Assembly (NCBI GenBank): GCA_964440975.1
Contig: CAYYKI010000003.1
Coordinates: 1-50,442 of the forward strand
DNA length: 50,442 bases
Reading direction: 5' to 3'
Origin: an uncultured Candidatus Saccharibacteria bacterium
Lineage (GTDB): Bacteria; Patescibacteriota; Saccharimonadia; Saccharimonadales; CAZNVG01
Part shown: one piece after another, positions 9,139-18,397 of the stretch
Position numbering within the stretch: position 1 is the stretch's first letter
Layout of the letters: each line of letters opens with the position of its first letter
The notes under the pieces: model-generated
What the model was told of the DNA's origin: nothing
The model's input: only the letters and a program-made list of their open reading frames with translations
The model's database searches: none
Made by a program: the position numbers and the translations under genes

Positions 9139-10107
9139 ATGGATGAACCCCTAGATGTAGTTTGTATTGGTGCTGCTGTGGTAGATGTTTTTTTGCAAGG
9201 AAGTATTTTTACTCCAAAAACAGAAGCGGATGGAGAGCAAGTTGAAGAGTTTAAACTAGGCAGTAAGAACGACATAGATGGCGTAGTGTTTAGCACTGGG
9301 GGAGGAGCAACCAATGCAGCAGTTACTTTCTGTAGGCAGGGGCTCGAGGCTGCATATTTAGGAAAAGTAGGGAGAGACCTCCCGGGTGAGTCTATCAGAA
9401 AGGATCTCGAGAAGGATGGGGTCAACTGTAATTGGCTAACAACGTCAGAGTTGGGGACAGGCTATTCAACCTTACTATTAGCTCCAAACGGTGAACGCAC
9501 TATTTTGACATATCGGGGAGCCAGCACACACTATGACATTACAAAGCATGATCTTGAAACAATACGCTGTAAGTGGTTCTATGTCAGCTCCTTAGAAGGC
9601 AACTTTGAAGTCCTTGAAACAGTATTTCTCCACGCGCGTGAGCACGATATACAAGTTGCATGGAATCCAGGTAAAAAAGAGCTAGAAGATCCACATGAAG
9701 TAAAGGCGTTACTGCCGCACGTTTCGGTACTTAGCCTAAACAAGGATGAGATGCAATTGCTATATCCCGGCTCATCAGTACAGGAGCTCGCACAAGCTGC
9801 CGCCAAGACTGTAAAAATTGCCGTGGTTACTGACGGCCCTAAGGGCCTAGCCGCCTGTGATGGTAAGAAAGTCTACGTAGCTGGAATGTATGAGGACGTA
9901 CCGGTCATTGATAGGACCGGTGCAGGAGATGCATTTTGCTCAGGTTTCACGGCTGCAATTCTAAAAGAGAGCAATATTGAAAACGCCATAACACTCGGCA
10001 GTGCAAACTCTACCAGCGTCGTCGGTAAGGTGGGGGCTAAAAGTGGTATTCTCCCAGCCGATGCCGACATACACACTATGAATATAGCCGTAAGCGAGAT
10101 TAGATGA
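9139..10107 (+). CDS. PfkB-family carbohydrate/sugar-phosphate kinase
   Basis: GGGATNAAV and TGAGDAF (PfkB signatures 1 and 2). SD AAGGAGG. Substrate cannot be determined from the sequence. Confidence 0.88.
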   Translation: MDEPLDVVCIGAAVVDVFLQGSIFTPKTEADGEQVEEFKLGSKNDIDGVVFSTGGGATNAAVTFCRQGLEAAYLGKVGRDLPGESIRKDLEKDGVNCNWLTTSELGTGYSTLLLAPNGERTILTYRGASTHYDITKHDLETIRCKWFYVSSLEGNFEVLETVFLHAREHDIQVAWNPGKKELEDPHEVKALLPHVSVLSLNKDEMQLLYPGSSVQELAQAAAKTVKIAVVTDGPKGLAACDGKKVYVAGMYEDVPVIDRTGAGDAFCSGFTAAILKESNIENAITLGSANSTSVVGKVGAKSGILPADADIHTMNIAVSEIR

Positions 10108-10113
10108 TATATT
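10105..10113 (+). promoter_or_regulatory. Extended -10 element upstream of the 10137-11989 gene pair
   Basis: TGaTATATT overlaps the pfkB stop codon. This leaves a leader of about 17 nt containing GGGAAAG. Confidence 0.3.
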
Positions 10114-10136
10114 GATGCTAGGGAAAGCAAACAAAA

Positions 10137-11378
10137 ATGTGCCGAATTATAGGTGAACTCTTACAAGCTGAACAACCATTGTTTTCATTAGCTGTTGAGC
10201 AGCTAGAAAAGGCGAGTGGCCATGCCGGTGCTGATTTAGAGCTATTAGGTGAAATTATTGAAAAATCTTATCGTAAGAAGCAAGAGTTAGGGCTAGACCC
10301 AAACGATACAACTGGCCGCGAGCTTTACCATGCATTGGTTGCAAAAATTCAGCAACATGACGAGCACTTAGCCGAACATATAGGGGGCAAAAGCACAGAC
10401 CAGCCGAGCAAACTTATCCCGTTAATTCGTGACACAGTTGCAAAAGTAGACATACCGCGCACTTGTTGGGTGCTTAAAAAGTCGGTCGCTAAGCAAATGC
10501 TGCGAGACAATCCACCTCCTAACATTATGAAACTAATGGGATATCGCTCCATTGAGCAGCTTTTGAAGAAAGAAAATCTATTTGAAGTATACGGAGCTTT
10601 ACGGTTTGCTGAAGGTCCCGAATGGCTTAACAAATTTGATGCCAAGTACACCAAGCTACAACCAAGTGATTTTGAAACAAGAAAGATCGAAGTAGTTATA
10701 ATGCCACACAGTCGCTGGGCCGACATTTGTGAGCCTTTTATCCATAAGAAAAAGCATAACATTACCCACCTTAAAGAACTCGGTGTCATACTTATGTTGC
10801 CAATTAAGGCAAAACACTTACCGGGCCTCACTGTTTGGGCTACGAGTTTATTATTCCATTATACAAACGAAATTCGCCTCTATAGTAGCTTCTTTAAGCT
10901 CCAGCAAGTAAAGCCGAACTTTGCCAAGATTTTCATCGAGACACTCATCGCCGATCCAGGCAAGCACGCCGTAATGGCCGGCACTCATGTGCATTGGCGA
11001 GTAATACAGCGGTACTTCGGCAAGCTAAAGAATGAACACCACCCAGAAGTGTTTCAGCCTCATGTACAGCCCGAAGACCTACACTGGCGCAAGGCTGAAG
11101 AGGGGCTTTATATGATAGATCAAGAGCTCGAATTCTGGAAAGATCTTGATTATGTTGGTGAAATGCACTCGGGTGAACCTGTTACCTTCAATATGATGGA
11201 TATAGCTGCCAGTTACGCAAACAAGACTCCATACGAAGAACGAGAACTGTATCACTTTAGAGAATCATTGTGGAATGAATTGTTTATACGGTACATGGGT
11301 AAAGCAAATCTTGATAAGCAAATCCTAGAGCAATTGGATAATGATATGATTGCACCAGAAAAGCTGGAGGTAGCATGA
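10137..11378 (+). CDS. Conserved-looking hypothetical protein (413 aa), no recognisable domain
   Basis: Long uninterrupted ORF with soluble, His/Trp-rich composition. Its stop overlaps the next start (ATGA). I recognise no motif. Confidence 0.75.
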   Translation: MCRIIGELLQAEQPLFSLAVEQLEKASGHAGADLELLGEIIEKSYRKKQELGLDPNDTTGRELYHALVAKIQQHDEHLAEHIGGKSTDQPSKLIPLIRDTVAKVDIPRTCWVLKKSVAKQMLRDNPPPNIMKLMGYRSIEQLLKKENLFEVYGALRFAEGPEWLNKFDAKYTKLQPSDFETRKIEVVIMPHSRWADICEPFIHKKKHNITHLKELGVILMLPIKAKHLPGLTVWATSLLFHYTNEIRLYSSFFKLQQVKPNFAKIFIETLIADPGKHAVMAGTHVHWRVIQRYFGKLKNEHHPEVFQPHVQPEDLHWRKAEEGLYMIDQELEFWKDLDYVGEMHSGEPVTFNMMDIAASYANKTPYEERELYHFRESLWNELFIRYMGKANLDKQILEQLDNDMIAPEKLEVA

Positions 11379-11989
11379 GATATTCTATATGTATCTCTGG
11401 GGCTGCTGCAGGAAAAACTGTCGAAAAATCTCGTGTACTTGCAGAAGAGTTGGGCCGCGCAATAGCTAAACGAGGGCACATTGTGACCAGTGGTGCTACT
11501 GTGGGGTTGCCTTTTTATGCCGCGAGAGCTGCTTACAAAGCTGGAGGGATGAGTGTTGGTTTTTCACCCGCTAGCAGCCTGCGAGAGCATGTATTTAAAT
11601 ATCGACTGCCCATTGGTGTATTTGATTTTGTCAACTTTACTGGCATGCACTATGTTGGACGAGATGTATACTTGGTTCAGTCTAGCGATGCAATAATAAC
11701 CGTTGGTGGGAGGTTTGGTAGTTTGCATGAATTTACTACTGCTCTAGAGTCATATATGCCGTGCGGTGTGCTCGCAGGTAGTGGTGGAGCTGCTGATGCA
11801 ATCCCTGGTCTCATGAATCAACTTGAGTTTGCAAACGACAAACTTGTCATCGTGGACGAAAATCCACAAAAGCTTGTCGACAGAATAATTGCTATGTTAG
11901 ACGAAGAATTTAAAGACATAGATACAACTGCCATCAAGGCACAGTGGTACTACGACAAAAAGAGCCCTAAGCACGACCATAGAGGCTAG
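11375..11989 (+). CDS. TIGR00725/LOG-like (SLOG superfamily) Rossmann-fold nucleotide-binding protein
   Basis: ICISGAAAG...GHIVTSGATVG...GGMSVGFSP...ITVGGRFGSLHEF pattern, which is LOG-type GGxxG(S/T)xxE. Confidence 0.7.
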   Translation: MRYSICISGAAAGKTVEKSRVLAEELGRAIAKRGHIVTSGATVGLPFYAARAAYKAGGMSVGFSPASSLREHVFKYRLPIGVFDFVNFTGMHYVGRDVYLVQSSDAIITVGGRFGSLHEFTTALESYMPCGVLAGSGGAADAIPGLMNQLEFANDKLVIVDENPQKLVDRIIAMLDEEFKDIDTTAIKAQWYYDKKSPKHDHRG

Positions 11990-12023
11990 AATTATCTACA
12001 TCAGAAACAAGCGGTGTATGGCC

Positions 12024-12032
12024 TGATACAAT
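12024..12032 (+). promoter_or_regulatory. Extended -10 promoter for uvrB
   Basis: TGaTACAAT lies 6 nt upstream of ATG 12039. Confidence 0.4.
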
Positions 12033-12038
12033 GTGGGA

Positions 12039-14000
12039 ATGGGATTATTTCAGCTTACGAGTAGCTTTGAACCTTCTGGCGATCAGCCAGCTGCTATTTC
12101 AGCCCTAAATAAAGGCTTGGCGCATGGAGCAAAAGAGCAAGTGCTGCTTGGCGTAACTGGTTCTGGAAAAACATTTACCATGGCAAATGTCATTGCTGCG
12201 CAACAGAAACCGACGCTGATACTAAGTCACAACAAAACGCTCGCTGCACAACTATACAATGAGTTCAAGGAATTCTTTCCAGACAATGACGTTCATTACT
12301 TTGTAAGCTATTTTGATTATTATCAACCCGAAGCGTACATTGCCCGATCGGACACCTATATAGAAAAAGACTCACAGATAAACGAAGAGATTGACCGTCT
12401 TCGACATGCAGCTACATCAGCACTACTCAGCAAACGGGATGTCATCATAGTCGCTAGTGTAAGTTGCATATACGGCATAGGTTCAGTGGACGACTATGGT
12501 GGCATGGCTGTGCGCATTAAAAAAGGGGAACGAAGAGTCCGAGACAAGTTTCTTCGACATCTCTCAGATATACAATATTCACGAAACGACGTTGATTTTC
12601 ATCGTTCAACCTTTCGGGTCAGAGGTGATGTCGTTGACGTATTTCCCGCCGGGGAGCAGGCTGCGTATCGTGTTGAATTCTTTGGTGATGAGATAGATCG
12701 AATAACTAAAATTAATCCACTTACTGGTGAAATAGAAGATAATCTCAACGAACTGGCAATTTTCCCTGGCAGCCACTATGTTACGCCGCAAGAAAAACTA
12801 CTTGTGGCGGTAGAGAAAATTAAGACCGAACTTGAACAACGTCTTGAATTCTTTAAACGTAATAACCTACTACTTGAAGCTCAGAGGCTTGAACAACGAA
12901 CAAATTTTGATCTAGAAATGCTTGAAGAGACCGGGTTTGTAAAAGGCATTGAGAACTATTCTCGTTATCTCACCAATCGTGAACCCGGTGAGCAACCGGC
13001 AACCTTATTGGATTATTTTCCAGATGACTTCTTACTGTTTGTCGATGAATCCCACATGACACTTCCGCAGGTTCGAGGCATGTACAATGGAGACAGGGCG
13101 CGTAAAGAAGTGCTCGTTGAGCACGGCTTTAGGCTTCCGAGCGCTTTAGATAACCGACCCCTTACTTTTACTGAGTTTGAAAAACATATTAATAAAGTTA
13201 TCTACGTTTCTGCTACACCCGCGGCTTATGAGTTATCACGAGGCGGGACACCAATTCAGCAGCTTATTCGCCCGACTGGACTACTCGACCCAGAAATTGA
13301 AGTACGTCCAATACATGGACAAGTTGATGATTTGCTAGCTGAGATTAGAGCTACTGTCGACAAACAACAGCGCGTGCTCGTAACAACGCTGACAAAGCGC
13401 ATGGCGGAAGATCTGACTGAGTACCTAGAAGAACTGGGAGTTAAGGTGCAATATCTTCACTCTGACGTCGATACGCTCGACCGTACCGATATCCTGCGTG
13501 ATCTACGGCTTGGTGTCTATGATGTGCTTATTGGCATTAACCTGCTTAGAGAAGGCCTTGACCTGCCTGAGGTTTCACTCGTGGCCATCCTAGATGCAGA
13601 CAAAGAGGGGTTTTTGCGGAGTGAACAAGCTCTTATTCAAACGGTCGGCAGGGCTGCCCGTCACCAAGAAGGGAGAGTAATTATGTATGCAGATACTATC
13701 ACCGGATCAATGGATAGGACAATACAAGAAACGAAGCGACGTAGAAAATTGCAGGACGATTATAACAAAAGCCACGGGATTACCCCCACCGGTGTCAGTA
13801 AGGCGATTGGAGAGGGTCTCCCGCGAACAAAAACTAAGGAAGACACACCAAAGATTGATCTTCGTAAAATTCCTAAAGACGAGTATAAGCATCTGCTTGA
13901 TGATCTCGAGTCACAAATGCAGCTAGCAGCGGCGAATCTAGAGTTTGAAAAGGCCGCTGAACTACGTGATACTATCGAAGAAATTTCCTCTAAGATGTAG
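12039..14000 (+). CDS. uvrB: Excinuclease ABC subunit B
   Basis: FxLxSxFxPSGDQP, [12 protein letters not shown] and the C-terminal UVR domain ([11 protein letters not shown]). The track start is GTG 12033. ATG 12039 is favoured because it sits 6 nt after the -10 box. Confidence 0.95.
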   Translation: MGLFQLTSSFEPSGDQPAAISALNKGLAHGAKEQVLLGVTGSGKTFTMANVIAAQQKPTLILSHNKTLAAQLYNEFKEFFPDNDVHYFVSYFDYYQPEAYIARSDTYIEKDSQINEEIDRLRHAATSALLSKRDVIIVASVSCIYGIGSVDDYGGMAVRIKKGERRVRDKFLRHLSDIQYSRNDVDFHRSTFRVRGDVVDVFPAGEQAAYRVEFFGDEIDRITKINPLTGEIEDNLNELAIFPGSHYVTPQEKLLVAVEKIKTELEQRLEFFKRNNLLLEAQRLEQRTNFDLEMLEETGFVKGIENYSRYLTNREPGEQPATLLDYFPDDFLLFVDESHMTLPQVRGMYNGDRARKEVLVEHGFRLPSALDNRPLTFTEFEKHINKVIYVSATPAAYELSRGGTPIQQLIRPTGLLDPEIEVRPIHGQVDDLLAEIRATVDKQQRVLVTTLTKRMAEDLTEYLEELGVKVQYLHSDVDTLDRTDILRDLRLGVYDVLIGINLLREGLDLPEVSLVAILDADKEGFLRSEQALIQTVGRAARHQEGRVIMYADTITGSMDRTIQETKRRRKLQDDYNKSHGITPTGVSKAIGEGLPRTKTKEDTPKIDLRKIPKDEYKHLLDDLESQMQLAAANLEFEKAAELRDTIEEISSKM

Positions 14001-14049
14001 CCATTGGTACCGATAAGGGATCGGACTATTTTATTACAGTTATTAGGGG

Positions 14050-14058
14050 TGGTATACT
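14050..14058 (+). promoter_or_regulatory. Extended -10 promoter for the gat operon
   Basis: TGgTATACT lies 9 nt upstream of ATG 14068, with no SD. Confidence 0.45.
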
Positions 14059-14067
14059 ATTGCTAAC

Positions 14068-14355
14068 ATGACATTGACGATTGAAGATATCCGCGGCCTA
14101 GCTAGGCTATGTAAACTAAAAATTAGCAATGAAGAAGCAGCAGAGATGCTTGTTGAACTCAACCAAATCCTAGGCTATGTTGAGCAACTTACATCTGTTG
14201 ATGTCAGTGGGTATTCGCCTACCACTCAAGTAACTGGGCTGCGGAATGTAATGCGACCAGATACGATTAGCGACCTTGGAGCCAATTCCGACACGCTATT
14301 AATGAACGCACCCTCGCAAAAAGATGGTTACATTCAAGTTAAGAAGGTGTTGTGA
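14068..14355 (+). CDS. gatC: Asp/Glu-tRNA amidotransferase subunit C
   Basis: 95 aa, LARLxL...E...L..IL.YVEQL pattern. Immediately precedes gatA. Confidence 0.92.
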   Translation: MTLTIEDIRGLARLCKLKISNEEAAEMLVELNQILGYVEQLTSVDVSGYSPTTQVTGLRNVMRPDTISDLGANSDTLLMNAPSQKDGYIQVKKVL

Positions 14356-15776
14356 TGGTTGATTTTGCTAAACAATCTATTGCGACATTAGTGAGCGATG
14401 TTAAAAGTCGACGCAGTAGCGCCAGAGAGCTAGTTGAAGCTGCGATAGCTAAAGCAAAAGCCGACTCTAATCATTGTTTGTTAGAGATATTGGACGAATC
14501 AGCTATTAAAGCCGCAGAGATCATTGACGCCAAAATTGCAAACGGCGAAGAAGTTGGTCAATTGGCGGGCATTCCCTATGTCGCAAAGGACAACTATCTA
14601 ACTCTAGAAGGCCACACCACAGCAGCAAGTCGGATTCTTGAGCCCTTCAAGGCGCCCTATCAGGCCACAGCTATAAATAAACTCGATGCAGCTGGCGCTG
14701 TCCTTATTGGTAAGGCGAATCTAGACGCATTTGCGCATGGCAGCACGACTGAAAATAGTGATTTTGGTCCAACAAAAAACCCACGAGACCCAGAACGTGT
14801 ACCTGGTGGCTCTTCAGGTGGTTCAGTCGCTGCGGTTGCAGCTGGTATCGTTCCATTTGCACTCGGTACTGATACCGGTGGTTCTATACGATACCCCGCA
14901 AACCTGTGCGGCGTGGTTGGACTTAAACCAACCTACGGTCTGGTCTCAAGATACGGCGTGGTAGCGATGGCCAGCTCAACCGACTGTTTAGGGCCGATTG
15001 CCAATACAAGCCAAGACATAGGGTTAGTCTTGGATGTTATAAGCGGCAAAGACGCACGAGACGGCACGGCAATAGATCGTGATCCAAAGTCATACACCGA
15101 ACTAAACAAGGAAGTGGCCGGAAAAACATTTGGCCTCATAAAGCAGTATATGGCAGACGGTGTTGACCCGTATGTATCATCAGCCATACGTAGTGCGACC
15201 GAGCAACTTACAGCAGCTGGCGCAAGAATAGTCGAAGTTGATTTACCATCTCTTGAGCTCGCACTGGCTGCCTACTACATTATTGTTCCAGCAGAAATTA
15301 GCTCTAATCTCAGTCGCTACGATGGTATTCGCTACGGTTTAAGTAGCGCTGGCGAAACCATAGAAGATGTATATCAAAATACCAGGGAATCCGGCTTCAA
15401 TAGTGAAAACAAACGTCGAATAATGATTGGCACCTTCGTCACAAGTAGTGGTTATCACGACGCATACTATTTAAAAGCACAGACGGTGCGCTCTAAGCTC
15501 ATTGCTGAATTTGAAGAAGCTTTTCAGTCAGTTGACTATCTCATTGGACCAGTTGGTCCAACTACAGCAGCAAAACTTGGAGAGCTTACCAAGGATCCGT
15601 TAGAAATGTACCTCGTAGACATTATGACGGTAGCGGCAAATCTTGTTGGCGTTCCAAGCATCAGCGTGCCTATATCGGTAAAAGAACTACCCGTTGGACT
15701 GCAAATCATGGCTCGACAAAAACATGACAGGGATTTGCTTGGAATCGCGTCAGCAATAGGAGATATGCATAAATGA
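14355..15776 (+). CDS. gatA: Asp/Glu-tRNA amidotransferase subunit A
   Basis: Amidase signature GGSSGGSVAAVAAG...GTDTGGSIR. The ATG at 14355 overlaps the gatC stop (TGATG). A GTG at 14352 is an alternative start. Confidence 0.95.
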   Translation: MVDFAKQSIATLVSDVKSRRSSARELVEAAIAKAKADSNHCLLEILDESAIKAAEIIDAKIANGEEVGQLAGIPYVAKDNYLTLEGHTTAASRILEPFKAPYQATAINKLDAAGAVLIGKANLDAFAHGSTTENSDFGPTKNPRDPERVPGGSSGGSVAAVAAGIVPFALGTDTGGSIRYPANLCGVVGLKPTYGLVSRYGVVAMASSTDCLGPIANTSQDIGLVLDVISGKDARDGTAIDRDPKSYTELNKEVAGKTFGLIKQYMADGVDPYVSSAIRSATEQLTAAGARIVEVDLPSLELALAAYYIIVPAEISSNLSRYDGIRYGLSSAGETIEDVYQNTRESGFNSENKRRIMIGTFVTSSGYHDAYYLKAQTVRSKLIAEFEEAFQSVDYLIGPVGPTTAAKLGELTKDPLEMYLVDIMTVAANLVGVPSISVPISVKELPVGLQIMARQKHDRDLLGIASAIGDMHK

Positions 15777-16177
15777 TAGAAACTTTCGCCGCAATCATAG
15801 CCTTAGGATTACTTGCATTGTTTGCGGGTTTTGGGGCTTCCAAACTAAAAAGATCTTCGCTTGATACAGCATATTTCAAAAAGCGTTGGCAAGAAATACA
15901 ACAACTGCTTGGCAGCAACGAAGGAATGCAGTTGGCAATAATCGAGGCCGACAAGCTACTTGACGAAGCTTTGCAGCGGCTTCGTTTCGGTGGCAAAACT
16001 ATGGGGGAACGGCTGGTTTCAGCGCAGCGCATGATGAGTAACCCTAACAACACCTGGAACGCCCATAAGTTACGCAATCGCCTCGTGCATGAATCCGGGC
16101 TTAAAGTATCTAAACGGCAGGTGCAAGCGGCTCTTAAGTCGTTTAGGGCTGCCTTGAAAGATTTAGGGGCACTATGA
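15773..16177 (+). CDS. Small membrane-anchored protein with HEPN-like RNxxxH motif, embedded in the gat operon
   Basis: 134 aa. ATGA overlaps at both ends (gatA stop, gatB start). Has an N-terminal TM helix, an all-helical remainder and AHKLRNRLVHE at residues 97-107. Confidence 0.75.
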   Translation: MIETFAAIIALGLLALFAGFGASKLKRSSLDTAYFKKRWQEIQQLLGSNEGMQLAIIEADKLLDEALQRLRFGGKTMGERLVSAQRMMSNPNNTWNAHKLRNRLVHESGLKVSKRQVQAALKSFRAALKDLGAL

Positions 16178-17616
16178 TTGTTACCGAAGTGCTGCGAAAT
16201 AAATATCAGCCGACTATTGGAATTGAGTGTCATGTTCAGCTAAAAACCAAGACAAAGCTTTTCGCACCCGTCAACAATGATGCAAGAGAAGCAGATCCAA
16301 ACACCTTAGTGTCAGTAATCTGTCTGGGAATGCCAGGCACGTTACCAGTACTCAATCAACATGCGGTTGAACTCGCAATAAAGGCGGGTAAGGCCTTGAA
16401 TGCCGAGATCAATGCAAACAGCAGCTTTGATCGTAAGCACTACTTTTACCCTGACTTACCAAAAGGGTACCAGATCACGCAACTTCACAATCCTATCATC
16501 GGCTCAGGAGCCATTGAAGTTCCAGTTGGCGAGCTTACTAAAACCGTTCGAATTACTCGAGCTCACCTAGAAGAAGACGCTGGCAAATCCACCCATCCGG
16601 CCGGTGCTGAATACTCATTAGTTGACCTAAACCGTGCGGGAACGCCTTTGCTTGAAATCGTGTCCGAACCGGACATGCACTCGGCAGCTGAAGCACGAGC
16701 CTACGCACATGAATTATATCTATTGATGAAATATGCTGATGTTTCAGATGCAGACCTATATCATGGCAACATGCGTTTTGACGTAAATGTCTCTATAGCG
16801 CCAGTTGGCAGCAAAACGCTTGGCAATCGAGCAGAAGTAAAGAATCTAAATTCATTTAGAAGTGTAGAAAAAGCCGTTGAATACGAAATAAATCGACAAA
16901 TAGAACTCTTAGAAAAAGGCCTGGAAGTCGTTCAGGAAACACGGGGCTGGGACGACGACCGCAGTAAGACGACCGCGCAGCGCGGCAAAGAAAACGCCCA
17001 TGATTATCGTTACTTTCCAGATCCCGATATCCCACCGCTCGAACTAGATGAGAACTTTATCGCAACGCAACTCAAAAACCTACCAACCGTTCCTAAAGAT
17101 TATAGAGCACTGTTTACTAGTGTAGGACTAAGCAGCTCCGTCATTGAAAGTATCCTGGAAGAGCCTGCTTGGGCTCATGCTATCAAAAATATTATTGATG
17201 ATGGCCGAAGCAGTGATGCAAAAAGAATAGCATTGTGGCTCGTAAATATAACACCGGAAAAATTCTACGGTACTACTTTACCGGTCGATAAGCTTTTATT
17301 ACTTTCTGAGATGCATGCCAATAACAAACTTAGCTCAACTGCAGCCAAAGAAGTCTATATTCAGGTTGTGACGAATGGAGTAGACCCGTCACGATACGCT
17401 GCAGACCACAATTTACTGCAAGAATCAGACGGAGACACAATAGAGCAGCTCGTTACTCAGGTGATGGCAGAGAACCCCAAAGCGGTTGCCGACATACGAT
17501 CCGGAGAAGTCAAAGCAATTGGCTTTATCGTGGGCCAGGTCATGAAACTAAGCCAAGGCCGAGCAAATCCATCTATTGTTCAAAGTATTGTTAGAAAATT
17601 AGTCGACACAGCATAA
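16174..17616 (+). CDS. gatB: Asp/Glu-tRNA amidotransferase subunit B
   Basis: IGIECHVQL, DRKHYFYPDLPKGYQITQ and a GatB/YqeY C-terminal domain. Confidence 0.95.
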   Translation: MIVTEVLRNKYQPTIGIECHVQLKTKTKLFAPVNNDAREADPNTLVSVICLGMPGTLPVLNQHAVELAIKAGKALNAEINANSSFDRKHYFYPDLPKGYQITQLHNPIIGSGAIEVPVGELTKTVRITRAHLEEDAGKSTHPAGAEYSLVDLNRAGTPLLEIVSEPDMHSAAEARAYAHELYLLMKYADVSDADLYHGNMRFDVNVSIAPVGSKTLGNRAEVKNLNSFRSVEKAVEYEINRQIELLEKGLEVVQETRGWDDDRSKTTAQRGKENAHDYRYFPDPDIPPLELDENFIATQLKNLPTVPKDYRALFTSVGLSSSVIESILEEPAWAHAIKNIIDDGRSSDAKRIALWLVNITPEKFYGTTLPVDKLLLLSEMHANNKLSSTAAKEVYIQVVTNGVDPSRYAADHNLLQESDGDTIEQLVTQVMAENPKAVADIRSGEVKAIGFIVGQVMKLSQGRANPSIVQSIVRKLVDTA

Positions 17617-17659
17617 TCCTTTTGCGAATCGACCTGTCATAGTATACTAGCTGTACAAC

Positions 17660-17920
17660 ATGACAGCATTCGAAATCTTAGTAGTCTATCTCTCTATATC
17701 ACTTGCAATATTTTTGTTAATTTCAATACTTTTAGTTTGGCAGATTATTAAGCTGGTTAAGCAACTACAGCGTGTGTCAGAAAAGGCCGAAGCAGTTGTT
17801 GCGGATGTAGAGCAAGTAGGCGACTTCTTCCGGAAAACAACGGGTAAACTGGCGCTTGGCAAACTTATCGGACTCATTGTAGATAACGTAACTAATCACA
17901 AAAGAAAGGGAAATCGATGA
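17660..17920 (+). CDS. DUF948-like small membrane protein
   Basis: An N-terminal TM helix followed by a coiled coil. TATACT (17643-17648) lies 11 nt upstream. Overlaps the next gene (ATGA). Confidence 0.6.
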   Translation: MTAFEILVVYLSISLAIFLLISILLVWQIIKLVKQLQRVSEKAEAVVADVEQVGDFFRKTTGKLALGKLIGLIVDNVTNHKRKGNR

Positions 17921-18324
17921 GCAACAAAGACGAACGTAAAGGCTTGGCACTTGGAGCTCTATTTGGAGCTGTCGCTGGCTTTCTCACCGGTATCCTGACT
18001 GCGCCTAAATCGGGTAAAGAAACTCGAAAAGAGATTAAGGAGACTGCAGAAAAGCTCACCGATTCTGCCGAAAAGGAACTAAAAACATTGTACCGTCAGT
18101 TGAGTACACACGGAGAACAATTAAAAGTCGCAGCTGCCGGAGCAACAAAAAAAGCGAAGGATGAATTCGATCAACTTTCAGTTAAACTAGACGAATCCAA
18201 AGATAAAATCAAAGAATTATTAAGTACCATCAGAGATGGCGAATCGGACAACAAAAAAATACAAAAAGTAATCGATCAGGCTAAAAAGCTTGGCGATGAA
18301 ATCGCAACAAAAGTGAAAAAATAG
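17917..18324 (+). CDS. YtxH-domain protein
   Basis: GALFGAVAGFLTGILTAPKSGKETRKEI YtxH signature followed by a K/E-rich coiled coil. Confidence 0.75.
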   Translation: MSNKDERKGLALGALFGAVAGFLTGILTAPKSGKETRKEIKETAEKLTDSAEKELKTLYRQLSTHGEQLKVAAAGATKKAKDEFDQLSVKLDESKDKIKELLSTIRDGESDNKKIQKVIDQAKKLGDEIATKVKK

Positions 18325-18397
18325 CACAGGCACTAGCTCGTTTTTGTATTCCATCTTGCTATAGCTGCGTTAAAATATAAGTATCGATGGAGGTTAC

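Noticed and set aside
14009-14040. Weak hairpin CCGAT-aaggg-ATCGG after uvrB, followed by a T-rich stretch.
   Set aside because: The stem is only 5 bp and the U-tract is interrupted. This is insufficient to call a terminator.
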